DNA of 64,000 bases, taken from an uncultured Gemmatimonadaceae bacterium (GTDB taxonomy: Bacteria; Gemmatimonadota; Gemmatimonadetes; Gemmatimonadales; Gemmatimonadaceae). Location of the stretch: contig CAWAGQ010000007.1 of assembly GCA_963781585.1 (NCBI GenBank), positions 288,001-352,000 of the forward strand, read 5' to 3'. Each line of letters starts with the position of its first letter. The first letter of the stretch is position 1. Below, piece after piece: positions 1 to 13,980 of this stretch. The notes under the pieces are model-generated. The model ran no database searches and was not told where the DNA came from. It saw nothing but the letters and a program-made list of their open reading frames with translations. The position numbers and the translations under genes were made by a program.

Positions 1-1395
1 CAGTCGCCCGACACCGCCGATGCGTACCTCGCCGACGGCGTGACCGAGGAGATCATGCAGCGGCTGGGCGACGTCCCCCGCCTGTCGGTGAAGTCGCGTT
101 ATGCGGTGCGCCGCTATCGTGGCACGGGGATGGATCCGGCTACGATCGGGCGGACGCTGGGGGTCGCCAACCTGGTGACCGGCAGTCTGCAGCACATCGG
201 GAACGAGTTGCGCGTGCGCGCCGAGCTGGTGCGGGCGACGACCGGTGTGCGGGTGTGGGGTGACACCTACGACCGCGCCGACATGGACCTGCTCAACCTG
301 GAGACCGACGTCGCCACCGCCATCGCCACCGCGATTGCCGGACGACTGCGACCCACGGAACAGGCGACCCTGGCGAAGCGGCCGACCGCGAGTCCCCAGG
401 CCTACGATCACTCGCTGCGGGGCGATTACTTCCTCGCCCAGCGCACCCCGGCGGCGACCGCCCTCGCGATCGCCCAGTACGAGGCGGCGTTAGGCATGGA
501 CTCCACGTTCTCGCGGGCGTGGGCGCGTGACGCGGTCTGTTACGCGCTGTATCTGGCGTGGGAGTGGCCCTATCAGCTGTCGCCCGACAGCATACTGGCG
601 CTCGGCGTGCGCGCCGCCGACCACGCACTGGCCGGCGACTCCACGTCGTCCGACGCCTGGATGGCGTACGGCATGTTCCAGTGGTTCCTGCACCCGTCCA
701 CGTGGGACGGCGGCCTGGAGGCGCATCGGCGTGCCGTGGCGCTGGACTCGACGAACGCCGAGGCGCACAACATGCTCGGTATCACGCTGTTCTACCGGGG
801 CCAGGACGCGGCCGCCGCGGAAGAGTTTCGCCACGCGCTGGCGATCGACCCGCTGCGCCCCATTTCGCTGGCCCGGCTTGGCGAGGTGGAGTGGTTCGCG
901 GGTCGCAGCGACGAGGCAGCACGATACATAGACAGCGCACTCGCGGTGGCGCCGGCGTTCGTCCTGGCCTACTTCGATCGTGCGAAAGTCCGGCTGGGCC
1001 GGCACGATCCGGCGGGGGCAAAGGCGGACATCGAGACGGTCTTCCGGATTGAGCCCGGGGAGAAGTCAGACCCCGATCCGGTGGCGTTCGGCATCCTGGC
1101 GGCGGCGGATGCCCAGGTTGGCGACACCGCGGCGGCGCGCGACGTTGTGCAGACGCTGCGCAAGGGGCTGGGCACGTTCGACGGCCTTTCCGTGCACCGG
1201 GCTGCGTACGCGGCGCTCGCGCTGCTGTCGATCGGCGACCGCAATGGCGCACTGCGGGTGCTCGAGCGCGCAAAGCCCCGGAATCGCACCATGTGGTGGG
1301 ACCTGCGGTGGCAGGAATTCGACCCATTGCGAGGCGAGCCGCGGTTCCAGCAGGTGCTCGCCGGATTCGCGTTGAGCGGCGCGCCTTCGCGTTAG
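1..1395 (+). CDS. TolB_N-like/TPR-repeat protein (C-terminal part, typical of adenylate-cyclase- or Ser/Thr-kinase-linked TPR proteins); 5' end outside window
   Basis: Frame 1 is open from base 1 (QSPDTADAYLADGVTEEIMQRL...LVTGSLQHIGNELRVRAELV), followed by TPR-like helices and the terminal FDPLRGEPRFQ motif. Confidence 0.8.
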   Translation, partial: QSPDTADAYLADGVTEEIMQRLGDVPRLSVKSRYAVRRYRGTGMDPATIGRTLGVANLVTGSLQHIGNELRVRAELVRATTGVRVWGDTYDRADMDLLNLETDVATAIATAIAGRLRPTEQATLAKRPTASPQAYDHSLRGDYFLAQRTPAATALAIAQYEAALGMDSTFSRAWARDAVCYALYLAWEWPYQLSPDSILALGVRAADHALAGDSTSSDAWMAYGMFQWFLHPSTWDGGLEAHRRAVALDSTNAEAHNMLGITLFYRGQDAAAAEEFRHALAIDPLRPISLARLGEVEWFAGRSDEAARYIDSALAVAPAFVLAYFDRAKVRLGRHDPAGAKADIETVFRIEPGEKSDPDPVAFGILAAADAQVGDTAAARDVVQTLRKGLGTFDGLSVHRAAYAALALLSIGDRNGALRVLERAKPRNRTMWWDLRWQEFDPLRGEPRFQQVLAGFALSGAPSR

Positions 1396-1419
1396 GCAGT
1401 CAGCCGGCCGGCAGCGGCC

Positions 1420-2604
1420 TCACCCGTCGACCGGCGCCGCCGCCCCGGACTTCTCGGCGGCATGCTCCAGCCGCAGCACCCCCAGCGCACCTAACGAGAT
1501 GAGCGCTCCGGCGGCGAAGGGCCACTTGAGGCTGCCGGCCCGGACCACCGCGCTGGCCAGGAACGGCCCCACCACCCGCCCGCTGGCGCTCGCGCTCTGA
1601 AACACGCCGAGCACCGCACCGCGCTCGGTGGGGCCCGCGGTCGCGGCCACCAGCGTGCTGATGCTGGGGACGAAGATCGCCCCGCCCACCGCGAACACCC
1701 CGAGCGGCAGGTAGGTCCCGGGGAGGGTGGAAGCAAAGAGGAGAAGAAACATCGACAGGGCACACAGCACGGCCCCGCCGCGGGTGAGGCCCCCCGCACC
1801 GAAGCGCCTGGTGAGCGGACCGATCCCGCCCCCCTGAATCGACACCGACACGATGCCGGTGACACCAAGGATCACGCCCAGCACCCTCGGTGTGACCCCG
1901 AGCGCCTCGGCGCTCCACACGACGAACGTGCTCTGGAACATCGCCACCCCGGCCACCACCAGCAGCGTTGCCGCCAGCAGCTCGCGCAGGACCGGCCGGT
2001 TCATGATCTGCCAGCGGCTCGGCCGCTTCTGCAGCCGGGCCTGGGCGCGGTGCTCGGCGCCGTGGCTCTCGCGCAGAAGAAACAGCGTGGCCGTGAACGC
2101 CAGGGCCGACATGATGGCGGCGGCGTGGGCCGTCCGGGCCAGGCTCCCACCGCTCTCGCCGGCGCCGGCCAGGATCCCACCTAACGCCGGACCGATGATG
2201 AAGCCGAGCCCGAATGCGGCGCCGAGCAGCCCGAGGGCGCGGGGCCGGGTGGCGTCGGTGGTGATGTCGGTGACGTAGGCGTAGGCGGTGGAGATGTTGC
2301 CGGCGGCGAGCCCGGCCGCCAGCCGCGCCGCCCCCAGCTCCCACCCGTTGACGGCCAGGGCCAGCGCCAGATTGGCCAGCGCGTTGCCGGCGAGCGTGAC
2401 CAGCAGCACCGGCCGCCGGCCGATCCGGTCGCTCAGCATCCCCCAGAGCGGAGAGCCGAACAGCTGGCCTAACGAGTAGAGGCCGAACAGGAAGACCACC
2501 AGCGACTCGGGGACGCCGAGCCGGGTGGCGAAGAACGGCAGCACCGGGATGATCATCCCGAAGCCGACCAGGTCGAGGAAGACGATGAAGAAGATGGTGG
2601 TCAT
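1420..2604 (-). CDS. MFS transporter, TetA/DHA1-like
   Basis: 394 aa with about 12 hydrophobic segments; motif A GMLSDRIGRRPVLL; motif C GFIIGPALGG. Confidence 0.9.
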   Translation of the reverse strand: MTTIFFIVFLDLVGFGMIIPVLPFFATRLGVPESLVVFLFGLYSLGQLFGSPLWGMLSDRIGRRPVLLVTLAGNALANLALALAVNGWELGAARLAAGLAAGNISTAYAYVTDITTDATRPRALGLLGAAFGLGFIIGPALGGILAGAGESGGSLARTAHAAAIMSALAFTATLFLLRESHGAEHRAQARLQKRPSRWQIMNRPVLRELLAATLLVVAGVAMFQSTFVVWSAEALGVTPRVLGVILGVTGIVSVSIQGGGIGPLTRRFGAGGLTRGGAVLCALSMFLLLFASTLPGTYLPLGVFAVGGAIFVPSISTLVAATAGPTERGAVLGVFQSASASGRVVGPFLASAVVRAGSLKWPFAAGALISLGALGVLRLEHAAEKSGAAAPVDG

Positions 2605-2705
2605 CGGGACCCAATCTGGCGCGCGGGGCGGCGCGTGTCAGGACGCACCGTCGACCGACACCCGGGCGCCCCGGCCCCGCACCTGCGGCGGCGGAACCGG
2701 AGCCG

Positions 2706-6027
<3,322 letters not shown>

Positions 6028-6119
6028 TCAGCGCGGAGAGTGACGAGTGGGACTCACGTACATGCGCCTCAACAGATTGACGGTGGAAACTAACGACAAC
6101 TAAACGACCGGAGTTTGTC

Positions 6120-6608
6120 GTGGTAAGGCACTCGCGAACCAGAGGCTCGGCCGAAGCAGTCCTGCGACGAGAGTTTCACGACGGTCTGGCCACAGAACTT
6201 GCGCTGGCTGCGGCGCTCGATCGAGAGGCTCAGCATCTGGCCGGAATGGTGGGTGCGCACGACGAAAGGAACCGCACGCCAGGACCTTCCCTTCGGGAGA
6301 ACGGCAAGGACGTCATGTATACCCTGTTGTGTTGCGGCAAACATCTGAATCCTGTCCTTCAGAAACGATTCGATGTGGACGAGGCGCCAACTTCCTTCCT
6401 GGTCGGGACTCATCCAGGCGTAGCATCGCACGCGCTGTTCGCGAGTCGCCTAGCCCTTTGGCTCGCAGCACGTGGGGGCTTCGTGGTACTGCTGTCCCTG
6501 AGCACCGCCGACGTAGTCGACAACGACCGAGTTAGTCGATGGTCGGCGCTCCAGCGGAGGTTCGTTCGGATAAACGAGTCCATGGAAAGGCGGCTCGCGT
6601 TTGTATGA
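6120..6608 (+). CDS. hypothetical protein
   Basis: 162-aa ORF in a lower-GC stretch; no recognisable motif. Confidence 0.3.
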   Translation: MVRHSRTRGSAEAVLRREFHDGLATELALAAALDREAQHLAGMVGAHDERNRTPGPSLRENGKDVMYTLLCCGKHLNPVLQKRFDVDEAPTSFLVGTHPGVASHALFASRLALWLAARGGFVVLLSLSTADVVDNDRVSRWSALQRRFVRINESMERRLAFV

Positions 6609-6760
6609 TCGAATGCCTGGCCCGGATCCATCTCGATCCGGGTCGGGTCGCTCCGGCGGGAGCTCCGTTCCGGGTGACGCCGACGGCGCCCCTTGGGTGT
6701 TGCGCCTTCCGCGATAAAGCACAGAGGCGCACACGGTATTCTGTTTTACGATCGGGCCCT

Positions 6761-6793
6761 ATCCTAAAATAACGCGTACCGCTATTTTAGGAT
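6761..6793. promoter_or_regulatory. inverted repeat, putative operator upstream of the Fic gene
   Basis: ATCCTAAAATA-N11-TATTTTAGGAT, perfect 11-bp arms, ending 10 bp before the Fic ATG. Confidence 0.65.
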
Positions 6794-6802
6794 CCGCCAT
6801 CG

Positions 6803-7982
6803 ATGAAACGAAAGCCCCAGGGCCGATACATCCAAATCGCGACCGCCGGCGAAGTGGTGCGGGCGTTCGCGCCGGCGCCGCTGCCGCCCAAGCCGCCCAT
6901 CCAATGGACCCCGCGGCTCCGCGCTCGCTTCGACGCCGCGCTCCTCGCCCTCGGCCGCCTCGACGCCGTCACCGACCTCCTCCCTAACGCCGCGCTCGTC
7001 CTTTACAGCTTCGTCCGCAAGGAAGCGGTGCTGTCGTCGATGATCGAGGGCACGCAGTCCTCGCTCGCGGACCTGATGCTGCTCGAGGTCGACGAGGAGC
7101 CCGGCACCCCGATCGAAGACGCGCGCGAGGTGAGCCGCTACGTGGCGGCCCTCGAGCACGGCCTCAAACGCCTCCGTGGAGGTTCCCCCTCACGCTGCGA
7201 CTCCTGCGGGAGGTCCATCGAGTACTGCTCGGCACCAGCCGAGGCGGGACGGCGACGCCCGGCGAATTCCGGCGCAGCCAGGCGTGGATCGGCGGGACGC
7301 GCCCGGGCAATGCGTGTTCGTGCCGCCGCCGCCGAACGAGATTGCGGACTGTCTGACTCCACTCGAGCGCTTTCTCCACGACGAGCCCCATGTCACCCCG
7401 CCTCTCGTAAAGGCCGCGCTGGCGCACGTGCAGTTCGAGACCATCCATCCGTTCCTCGATGGCAACGGACGCGTGGGACGACTGCTCATCGCGTTGCAGT
7501 TCGCCCATGACGGTCTGCTCCGTCAACCGCTCCTGTACATCAGCCTGCACTTCAAGGAACACCGCAAGACCTATTATGACCTTCTTAATCGCGTACGAGA
7601 GGTCGGCGACTGGGAGGCCTGGCTCGAGTTCTTCGCCGAGGCCGTCGAGTTCAGCGCCCGGCAGGCCGGGGACTCCGCCAGACGACTGCTCGCCCTCGCC
7701 GCCGCTGACGCGCAACGCATCGAGAAGCTGGGCCGCCCCTCCACATCAGCCCTCGTGATCCATCGCGCGCTCCAGCGCCAACCGATCGTCAACGCGGCGG
7801 CGCTGGTGGCGGCGACCGGACTCACGCCGGCCACGGTCAACAAGTCGCTGGCCCATCTGGAGCGTATCCGTGTGGTCAGGGAACTCACCAGCAAGCAGCG
7901 AGGCCGCGTCTTCAGCTACGCGCGCTACACCGCCATTCTCAACGAAGGCATGGCGCTGCCCAAAGAGAGCGAACAGCGGTGA
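6803..7982 (+). CDS. Fic family protein (Fic_N + Fic domain + C-terminal wHTH), frameshifted
   Basis: RKEAVLSSMIEGT N-terminal motif; canonical HPFLDGNGRVGR Fic motif; C-terminal ATGLTPATVNKSLAHL...RGRVFSY; frameshifts near 7185 and 7315. Confidence 0.9.
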
Positions 7983-8265
7983 GCCAACTCGGATTCCTCC
8001 AGCACGAATGGACGTCGGTCCATGACTCGGCCGAGCGCGCCGAGCGTGCCAGCTGCAGCAGCTGAAGACGGTGCTGTCGAGGACGGAATCCATTCTTACC
8101 AGCATGTCCGGGAAGGCAGCCATGAAGGCTGACCGGCATTGCACCTCACTTCTCATCCTTGCGAACGGAACTTCGTTTCCTGCGCTCGACCTCTCAAGGC
8201 GACGAGCCGCGGATTTGGGCGCAGACTCGGCGTGGGGCGGGAGTTCCCCATCGGCCATTCCATCC

Positions 8266-8303
8266 ACTCAATGCATTGAGTAAAATTACTCAACGCGATG
8301 AGT
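8266..8303. promoter_or_regulatory. two tandem 16-bp palindromes, putative operator overlapping the ATPase start codon
   Basis: ACTCAATGCATTGAGT (8266-8281, perfect) and ACTCAACGCGATGAGT (8288-8303, imperfect), 22-bp period. Confidence 0.65.
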
Positions 8304-9506
8304 GAATATCCCAAGTTGTTCACCCGTGAATACGCCCGGCGGCTCGAAGCGCGACTCACGAGCCCGCCGCTTCCTCCAGGTCGTGTCCGGCGCCCGCCAG
8401 GTCGGCAAGACCACCCTCGTCGAGCAGGTCCTCGCGGCTGGGACACGAGCCACCGTGTACGCCTCTGCCGACGAACCGACGCTCCGTGACCCGCCGTGGC
8501 TGGCCGCACAATGGGACCGCGGCCGATTGGCGGCTGGGGAATCGGGCAGAACTGGCGCCGTGCTCGCGCTGGACGAAGTGCAGAAGGTCAGCGGATGGTC
8601 GGAAACCGTAAAGCGCCTGTGGGACGAGGACACGCGCGCACGGCGCCGACTCCGGGTGGTGCTCCTCGGCTCGTCACCCCTCCTGATGCAGCAGGGACTC
8701 ACCGAGAGTCTCGCCGGACGCTTCGAGGTCCTGCACCTGCCGCATTGGTCCTATGGGGAGATGCGCGCGGCCTTTGGCTTCACGCTCGATCAGTACCTGT
8801 ACTTTGGCGGGTATCCGGGCGCCGCTCCCTCATCGGCAATGCGGAGCGGTGGCGACGCTACCTGCTGGACTCGTTGATCGAAACAACCATCGCACGCGAC
8901 GTGCTGTTGATGACGCGCGTCGACAAACCGGCACTCCTCCGGCGACTCTTCGAGCTGGGGTGCCGCTACTCGGGGCAGGTGCTCTCGTACACGAAGATGC
9001 TCGGGCAGCTCCACGACGCCGGCAATACCACCACGCTCGCGCACTACCTGGATCTGCTGAGCGCTGCGGGCATGCTGACCGGGCTCCCCAAATACGCCGG
9101 CAAGGCGCTGCGTCAGCGCGGCTCGAGTCCGAAGCTCCAGGTATTGAACACGGCGCTCATGACGTCGCAGTCCGGACTGACGCCCGGGGAAGTGCGGGCC
9201 GATCCTGAGTTCCGCGGGCGACTCGTCGAGTCGGCGGTCGGCGCCCATCTCGCCAACGCGGCTGCCAGCGGGGTCTCCGAGTTGTTCTACTGGCGAGAGC
9301 GTAACCGTGAGGTGGATTTCGTTCTCAAAAAGGGCAAGACTCTCGTCGCGATTGAGGTCAAGAGCGGTCGCGCGCCCGATATCTTCCCTGGCATCGAGGC
9401 GTTCGCCGCGGAGTTCAATCCCAAGCGGACTGTGCTGGTGGGTGACGATGGCACTCCCCTGGAAGAATTCCTTATCCGGCCCGTGGAAGACTGGCTGCGG
9501 TCATGA
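8298..9506 (+). CDS. AAA_14 ATPase with DUF4143 (PD-(D/E)XK-like) C-terminus, frameshifted
   Basis: Walker A GARQVGKTT, Walker B LALDEVQK, ESLAGRF, YFGGYP, C-terminal WRERNREVDFV...AIEVKSG; frameshifts near 8360 and 8825. Confidence 0.9.
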
Positions 9507-9577
9507 GAACAGGCGATGCCTTCCGACCGCTCCCTTCGCGTGCCTCTGCATTCGGCATGTCCTCCCGGCGCACGTGA

Positions 9578-11228
9578 ATGGGCGAAACCCGCGTTGACCT
9601 CCTCCACCTCCTCGAGGACCTCGCCGACGCCTATCCGGGCGACCTCGAAGAGACGATCCTCACCGAGATCGTCGCCAATTCGCTCGATTCCGGTGCTGCC
9701 ACCATCGCCATCGCCGCCGACCCGGCGCAGGCCGCGCTCACGGTCCTCGACGATGGCCGCGGCATGCGGCGCGCGGAGCTGCGCCGCTTCCACGATATCG
9801 CGTCGAGCGCCAAGGAGCGCGGCGAGGGCATCGGCTTCGCCGGGGTCGGCATCAAGCTCGGTCTCCTGGTGAGCGATGAAGTGATCACCGAGACGCGGCG
9901 CGGCAAGGATCACGTCTGCACCACCTGGGCGCTCACCGGCCGCAAGCGCGCCCCCTGGCACTGGGTCGAGCCGCCCGGCCTGGTGAGCGAACGCGGAACC
10001 GCGGTACGGCTCCGCCTCCAGAATGCGCTTTCCCCGCTCCTCGATGCCGCGCTGATCGAGGGTGCGCTGCGGCGTCACTTTGAGCCGCTGTTCGACCCGT
10101 CCTTCGACGCCATCCTCCGCGCGCACTATCCGGACGGGGTCCGGTTTGTCGTCAACGACCGGAGCATGGAGCGCGCCCCCACCGCGTCCGGCGACGAGGC
10201 GCCGGTGGCGGTGCGACTGGGCCGCAAGCGCAAGCCCGCGGCGTCGGGCTTCCTCGTGCATCAGGCGGCGCCCCTCGGTGAAGAGCGCCGCGGCATCGCC
10301 ATCAGCACGTTCGGCAAGGTCATCAAACGGGGGTGGGACTGGCTCGGCGTGACGCCTAACGCGCCGGACATGGTGAGCGGCCTGATCGAGGCGCCCGGCC
10401 TCGCCGCCAGCCTGACGCTCAACAAGGCCGACTTCCTGCGGAGCGGCCCGCGCGGCGCCGTCTGGCTGTCGTACCGCAAGGCGCTGCAGGAGGCGGTAAC
10501 ACAGCAGCTCGCGGCGTGGGGCGATGCGCGCGACGGGCGAGGAGCACACCCGGCGTCGGGCGGCGCGTCCGGTGGAGCGCGACGTGGAGACGGTGCTGCT
10601 GGACCTCGCCGAGAGCTTTCCGATGCTGGCAATGCTCGTGGAGCGGCGGAGCGGCGGGCAGCGAAAGCTGGCCATGGGGCGCGCCGACGGCGCTGGTGGC
10701 GCACAGCCGCTGCTGCTGCCACCCGAGACTGGCCAGGGCGAGCCCGTCGTGATGCCGCCCGAGGCTCCTGATGCGGCGCCGCCGGCCGAGGTGCCTGACG
10801 AGACTCCGTCGCCCGCTGGTGACGAGGGAGCTGCACCGCGGCGCGTCGCCGAGGCGCCACCTGACGAGGAACAACCCGAGCAGGGGGCGTCGCACCCGGC
10901 GCCGATCGAGCTGCCGGCGCACCGGGGCCGGCGTCGGCCTACACGGCTTGGCCTGAGGATCCAGTTCGAATCGCGTCCCGGCGATCCGGAGCTGGGGCGG
11001 CTGGTGGAGACGACGGTCTGGGTGAACGACGCGCATCCGGCGTACCTGCGGGCGGCGGCGGCACGGTCCGAGTCGTATCACCTCGCGCTCGCGGTGGCGA
11101 TGGCGCTGGCGAGAGTGGCCGTGGAGCCGTCGCAGGAGCACGGCTTCGTCTCCGCGTTTCTCGGACGATGGGGCGAGGCCGCGGGGCATGGGAAGGGAAG
11201 TGGGAGACCACGGCGGCGGGGGAAGTAG
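9578..11228 (+). CDS. GHKL (HATPase_c_3, MORC/MutL/Hsp90-like) ATPase, frameshifted
   Basis: EIVANSLD, DDGRGM and GIGFAGVGIK Bergerat motifs; S5-like LTLNKADF; C-terminal VWVNDAHPAY; frameshift near 10535. Confidence 0.8.
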
Positions 11229-11524
11229 AGGCGCGACTGGAGCCTGTTTGCACGGTCCGGACCGATTCCTCCAGCCAGACACCTGTCGAATTTCGGCTCG
11301 TTCTTCGACTCGTGCTCCGGACTTGTCGATCCGGTGACAGGTCGCCCCGACCCGCCGCTTTGGCCCCTGAACGTATGACCTCCCCACGCACCGCCTTCAT
11401 CCCGTCGGGCATTTCCCTCTCGACTCACCCGCCCGATGATGCTATTGATGGCGCCACCGCATCGACGTGCCCGGGCCGAAGCGACGATGCCTCAGGCGGC
11501 GCGCCCGGTCTCAGAGGGGAACTG

Positions 11525-12157
11525 GTGAAGAGAACCCTGCCCGCATGTGCGCTTCTGACGCTCTCGGCGTCTCTTGCTCTCGCGCAGGGCCACGAGACCA
11601 CATGGTCCGCCGGCGTCGCGTTTCCCGCCCGCGATCTCATCGTCACGCCGCTTGGTCAGGGACGACTGCAACCCCTCGTGAGGATAGCCCTCGGCTGGGA
11701 GCACGTGTTCTCAGGAGACAGACGGCTCGGATTGAGCCTCGAAGGTCTGGTTGGGGACGGGCTGCGGATTCGCTATCTGGATGAGCGGCACGTCGAGCGC
11801 ACGACCTTTGCCGAAGGTCCGGATCTCCTGCGGGTCATCCTGTCCTCGGCACCCATAGGAGCCTCTGGCATCATTACGCCCCGCGTGGGCGCGGGTCTGG
11901 CCGTCTACAGGTTCGGTCCAGCGAAAGCATCTGGCAACCAGTACGGATCGATAAAGGACGGCGTGCTGGATGACATTGAGCTTCGATACTATGGGAACCA
12001 TCCCTCTGCGGTCTTCACGTGGGGCGCGCGGATCCGCGCCTCGCAGCGATCGCGCCTGGCCGTCGACCTGACGCAGGCCTGGGCGCGAGGCCCCGAGGGC
12101 GCGCAGGCCGATTGGCAGGTATCGCTGGTGCTCCTGCCGAGGCGATCAGCCCCGTGA
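11525..12157 (+). CDS. secreted hypothetical protein, possible small outer-membrane beta-barrel
   Basis: GTG start after GGGGAA; signal peptide MKRTLPACALLTLSASLALA; amphipathic strands such as ITPRVGAGLAVYRF. Confidence 0.55.
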   Translation: MKRTLPACALLTLSASLALAQGHETTWSAGVAFPARDLIVTPLGQGRLQPLVRIALGWEHVFSGDRRLGLSLEGLVGDGLRIRYLDERHVERTTFAEGPDLLRVILSSAPIGASGIITPRVGAGLAVYRFGPAKASGNQYGSIKDGVLDDIELRYYGNHPSAVFTWGARIRASQRSRLAVDLTQAWARGPEGAQADWQVSLVLLPRRSAP

Positions 12158-12232
12158 CCCCGCCCCAGTCGGCCGCTGACAAGCAGCGACCTCGCGCCGA
12201 ACGTCGTCTATTCACCGCACCTAACGCTCCAG

Positions 12233-12289
12233 TAGCCCCTGCTTGGCGTTTCGCAAAGACTGATCGCGTGTTCCACCAGGCAGGGGGTA
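12233..12289. terminator. stem-loop between convergent genes
   Basis: TAGCCCCTGCTTGG pairs with CCAGGCAGGGGGTA at 12 of 14 positions. Confidence 0.35.
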
Positions 12290-12311
12290 AGCCGTTGCGC
12301 GACGCCGAGCG

Positions 12312-13811
12312 CTACTGCCAGGGCGCCGGCTGCTGACCGGTGTACTTCAGCACCGCCGCCTGCGCGAGGCGCTCATAATCCTCGCTCAGCACGAGACACT
12401 CGCGCTTCACCTCCACCCACGCCGCCCACGAGCCGATGCCGTCGGCGTGGTAGTCGATCCACATGAAGCCGTTTTCGCCCCACCGCGTCCCCCATGAATT
12501 CTGATCCGCCACGCCCCGCGCTGATCGCTCCAGCCCGTGATCACGACTGCGTGATTGAGCGAGCCCGCCAAAGGCTCCTTGAACACGTCCGCACCACCGG
12601 TGTAGGCTGCAAAGGCCGGCGTGGCGCGCACCGCAGTCGCCAGCGGCCCGTGGTTCTGGAGCGCCAGCTTGATCTCACGAATTGTGGGCGAACCTGGGGT
12701 GGCGCCGACGTACCCCCAGTTGAGAATGCGCAGGGGCGTCGGTGACGGATTGGGGCAGGTCGAGTTCGCACCGAGATACGGCATCACGCCCTCACCAACC
12801 GTACCCGCGTTGAGGTATTGCTGGAATGACAGGTGAAAGAAGCCACCGCCACAGTTGCCCGCCGGCACGTTGCAGGTGCTCACCTGATGCTGCTCGGACA
12901 GATCCACGGATCGATTGTTCACGATCAGGTCGTTCGCCTCGACGCCGCGGCGGCAGCGAACGCCCAGCAGCTCCGGCACGAGCGTTGTTGCGCACCGGCG
13001 GCACCTTGCCGTAGCGGGCCCAGTCGAAACTCGCGAGTCCGGCAATGCCATTCGGCACCGGCAGCGCCGGACAGTTCGAGCTCACGACGAATCGCTTCTT
13101 GCGATCGGCCAGATCGGCCGAGAGTGAGCACCACGTTGGACGGAAACAGGGGGTAGCCGTCGATCGGCTCGGCGAGGTCACCCTGCACCGGGAGGAAGTC
13201 CTGCACGCCGACGTCGATCGGGCCGGCAGGAGACATCAGGAGCCAGCCGATCTGAATGCGCCCGGCGATGATCAGCGTGGCGAGGTTGCCCGCCTGACGA
13301 CGGGCCGCGTCGCCCCGTAGCGCACACGGTGCCAGCGTTCTGGTGACTCCCGGGGCGAGCGTGGCATCGAACCAGACCGGCGCCGCCGCCGATCCCGGCG
13401 TGATCGAATCACGGCCGACGTGCAGCACCATCCCGGCCGGCGCGGCCGCGTCCGGAACGACGTGCACCGACTCGTCAGGCAGTCCGTGTACTACGGTCGC
13501 GAACAGGATCACCCGAACGGACCCAGCGGCGCGATTCGTCAGGCTGCCGGGCGGCCGGAGGAGCGCGATGAGCGTGTCGTTCATCGCGCTCCCACCGGCC
13601 AGGCCGCGCAGCGCCTGGTCGAAGGAACACGCGCCAGCACGGCGTAGGGCACCGACTGTCGCACCAGGACCGAGGCGTTCGCCTTGAGATCGATAGGCAC
13701 CTGCGCTCGAAGCGACTCACCCGCCAGCACAGCACCGGCGAGCCAGGCGATGCGGGCAACACCCCACCCGCGCGACCGGTAGTCGGCGCGCGCACGCTGG
13801 GGAACCGTCAC
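12312..13811 (-). CDS. papain-like C1A cysteine peptidase with N-terminal extension, multiply frameshifted
   Basis: Across frames: SFDW...VPPVR, QQRSCRSCWAFA, DLSEQH, NCGGG, LNHAVVITGW, NSWGTRWGENGF; N-terminal signal-like AWLAGAVLAGESLRAQ. Confidence 0.8.
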
Positions 13812-13980
13812 GACAGCCTCCGGAAGCGGAGAGGCAGGAGAGATAGCATCCTGAACGCGTGTCCGCCCGGTTGTCCGCCAACACCCCGGGGCATGATGCC
13901 CCGCCTCGGGCTGAGTCGTCTCGATCCGCCCCCCTACGAGCCGCTGCCAACCGGCTTGCCGCAGCGACCCCTCAGCCCAA

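Noticed and set aside
1420..2604. tetA resistance determinant
   Set aside because: Only family-level MFS similarity and no adjacent tetR
7990..8260. Minus-strand fragment AFMAAFPDMLVRMDSV resembling a SnoaL-like protein
   Set aside because: Too short, and the flanking sequence does not continue the similarity
12219..12300. attC-like site (ACCTAAC...GTTGCGC around a hairpin); also AACTAAC near 6088
   Set aside because: Core sites are poorly complementary, there is no integron integrase and no regular cassette array; an IntegronFinder run would settle it
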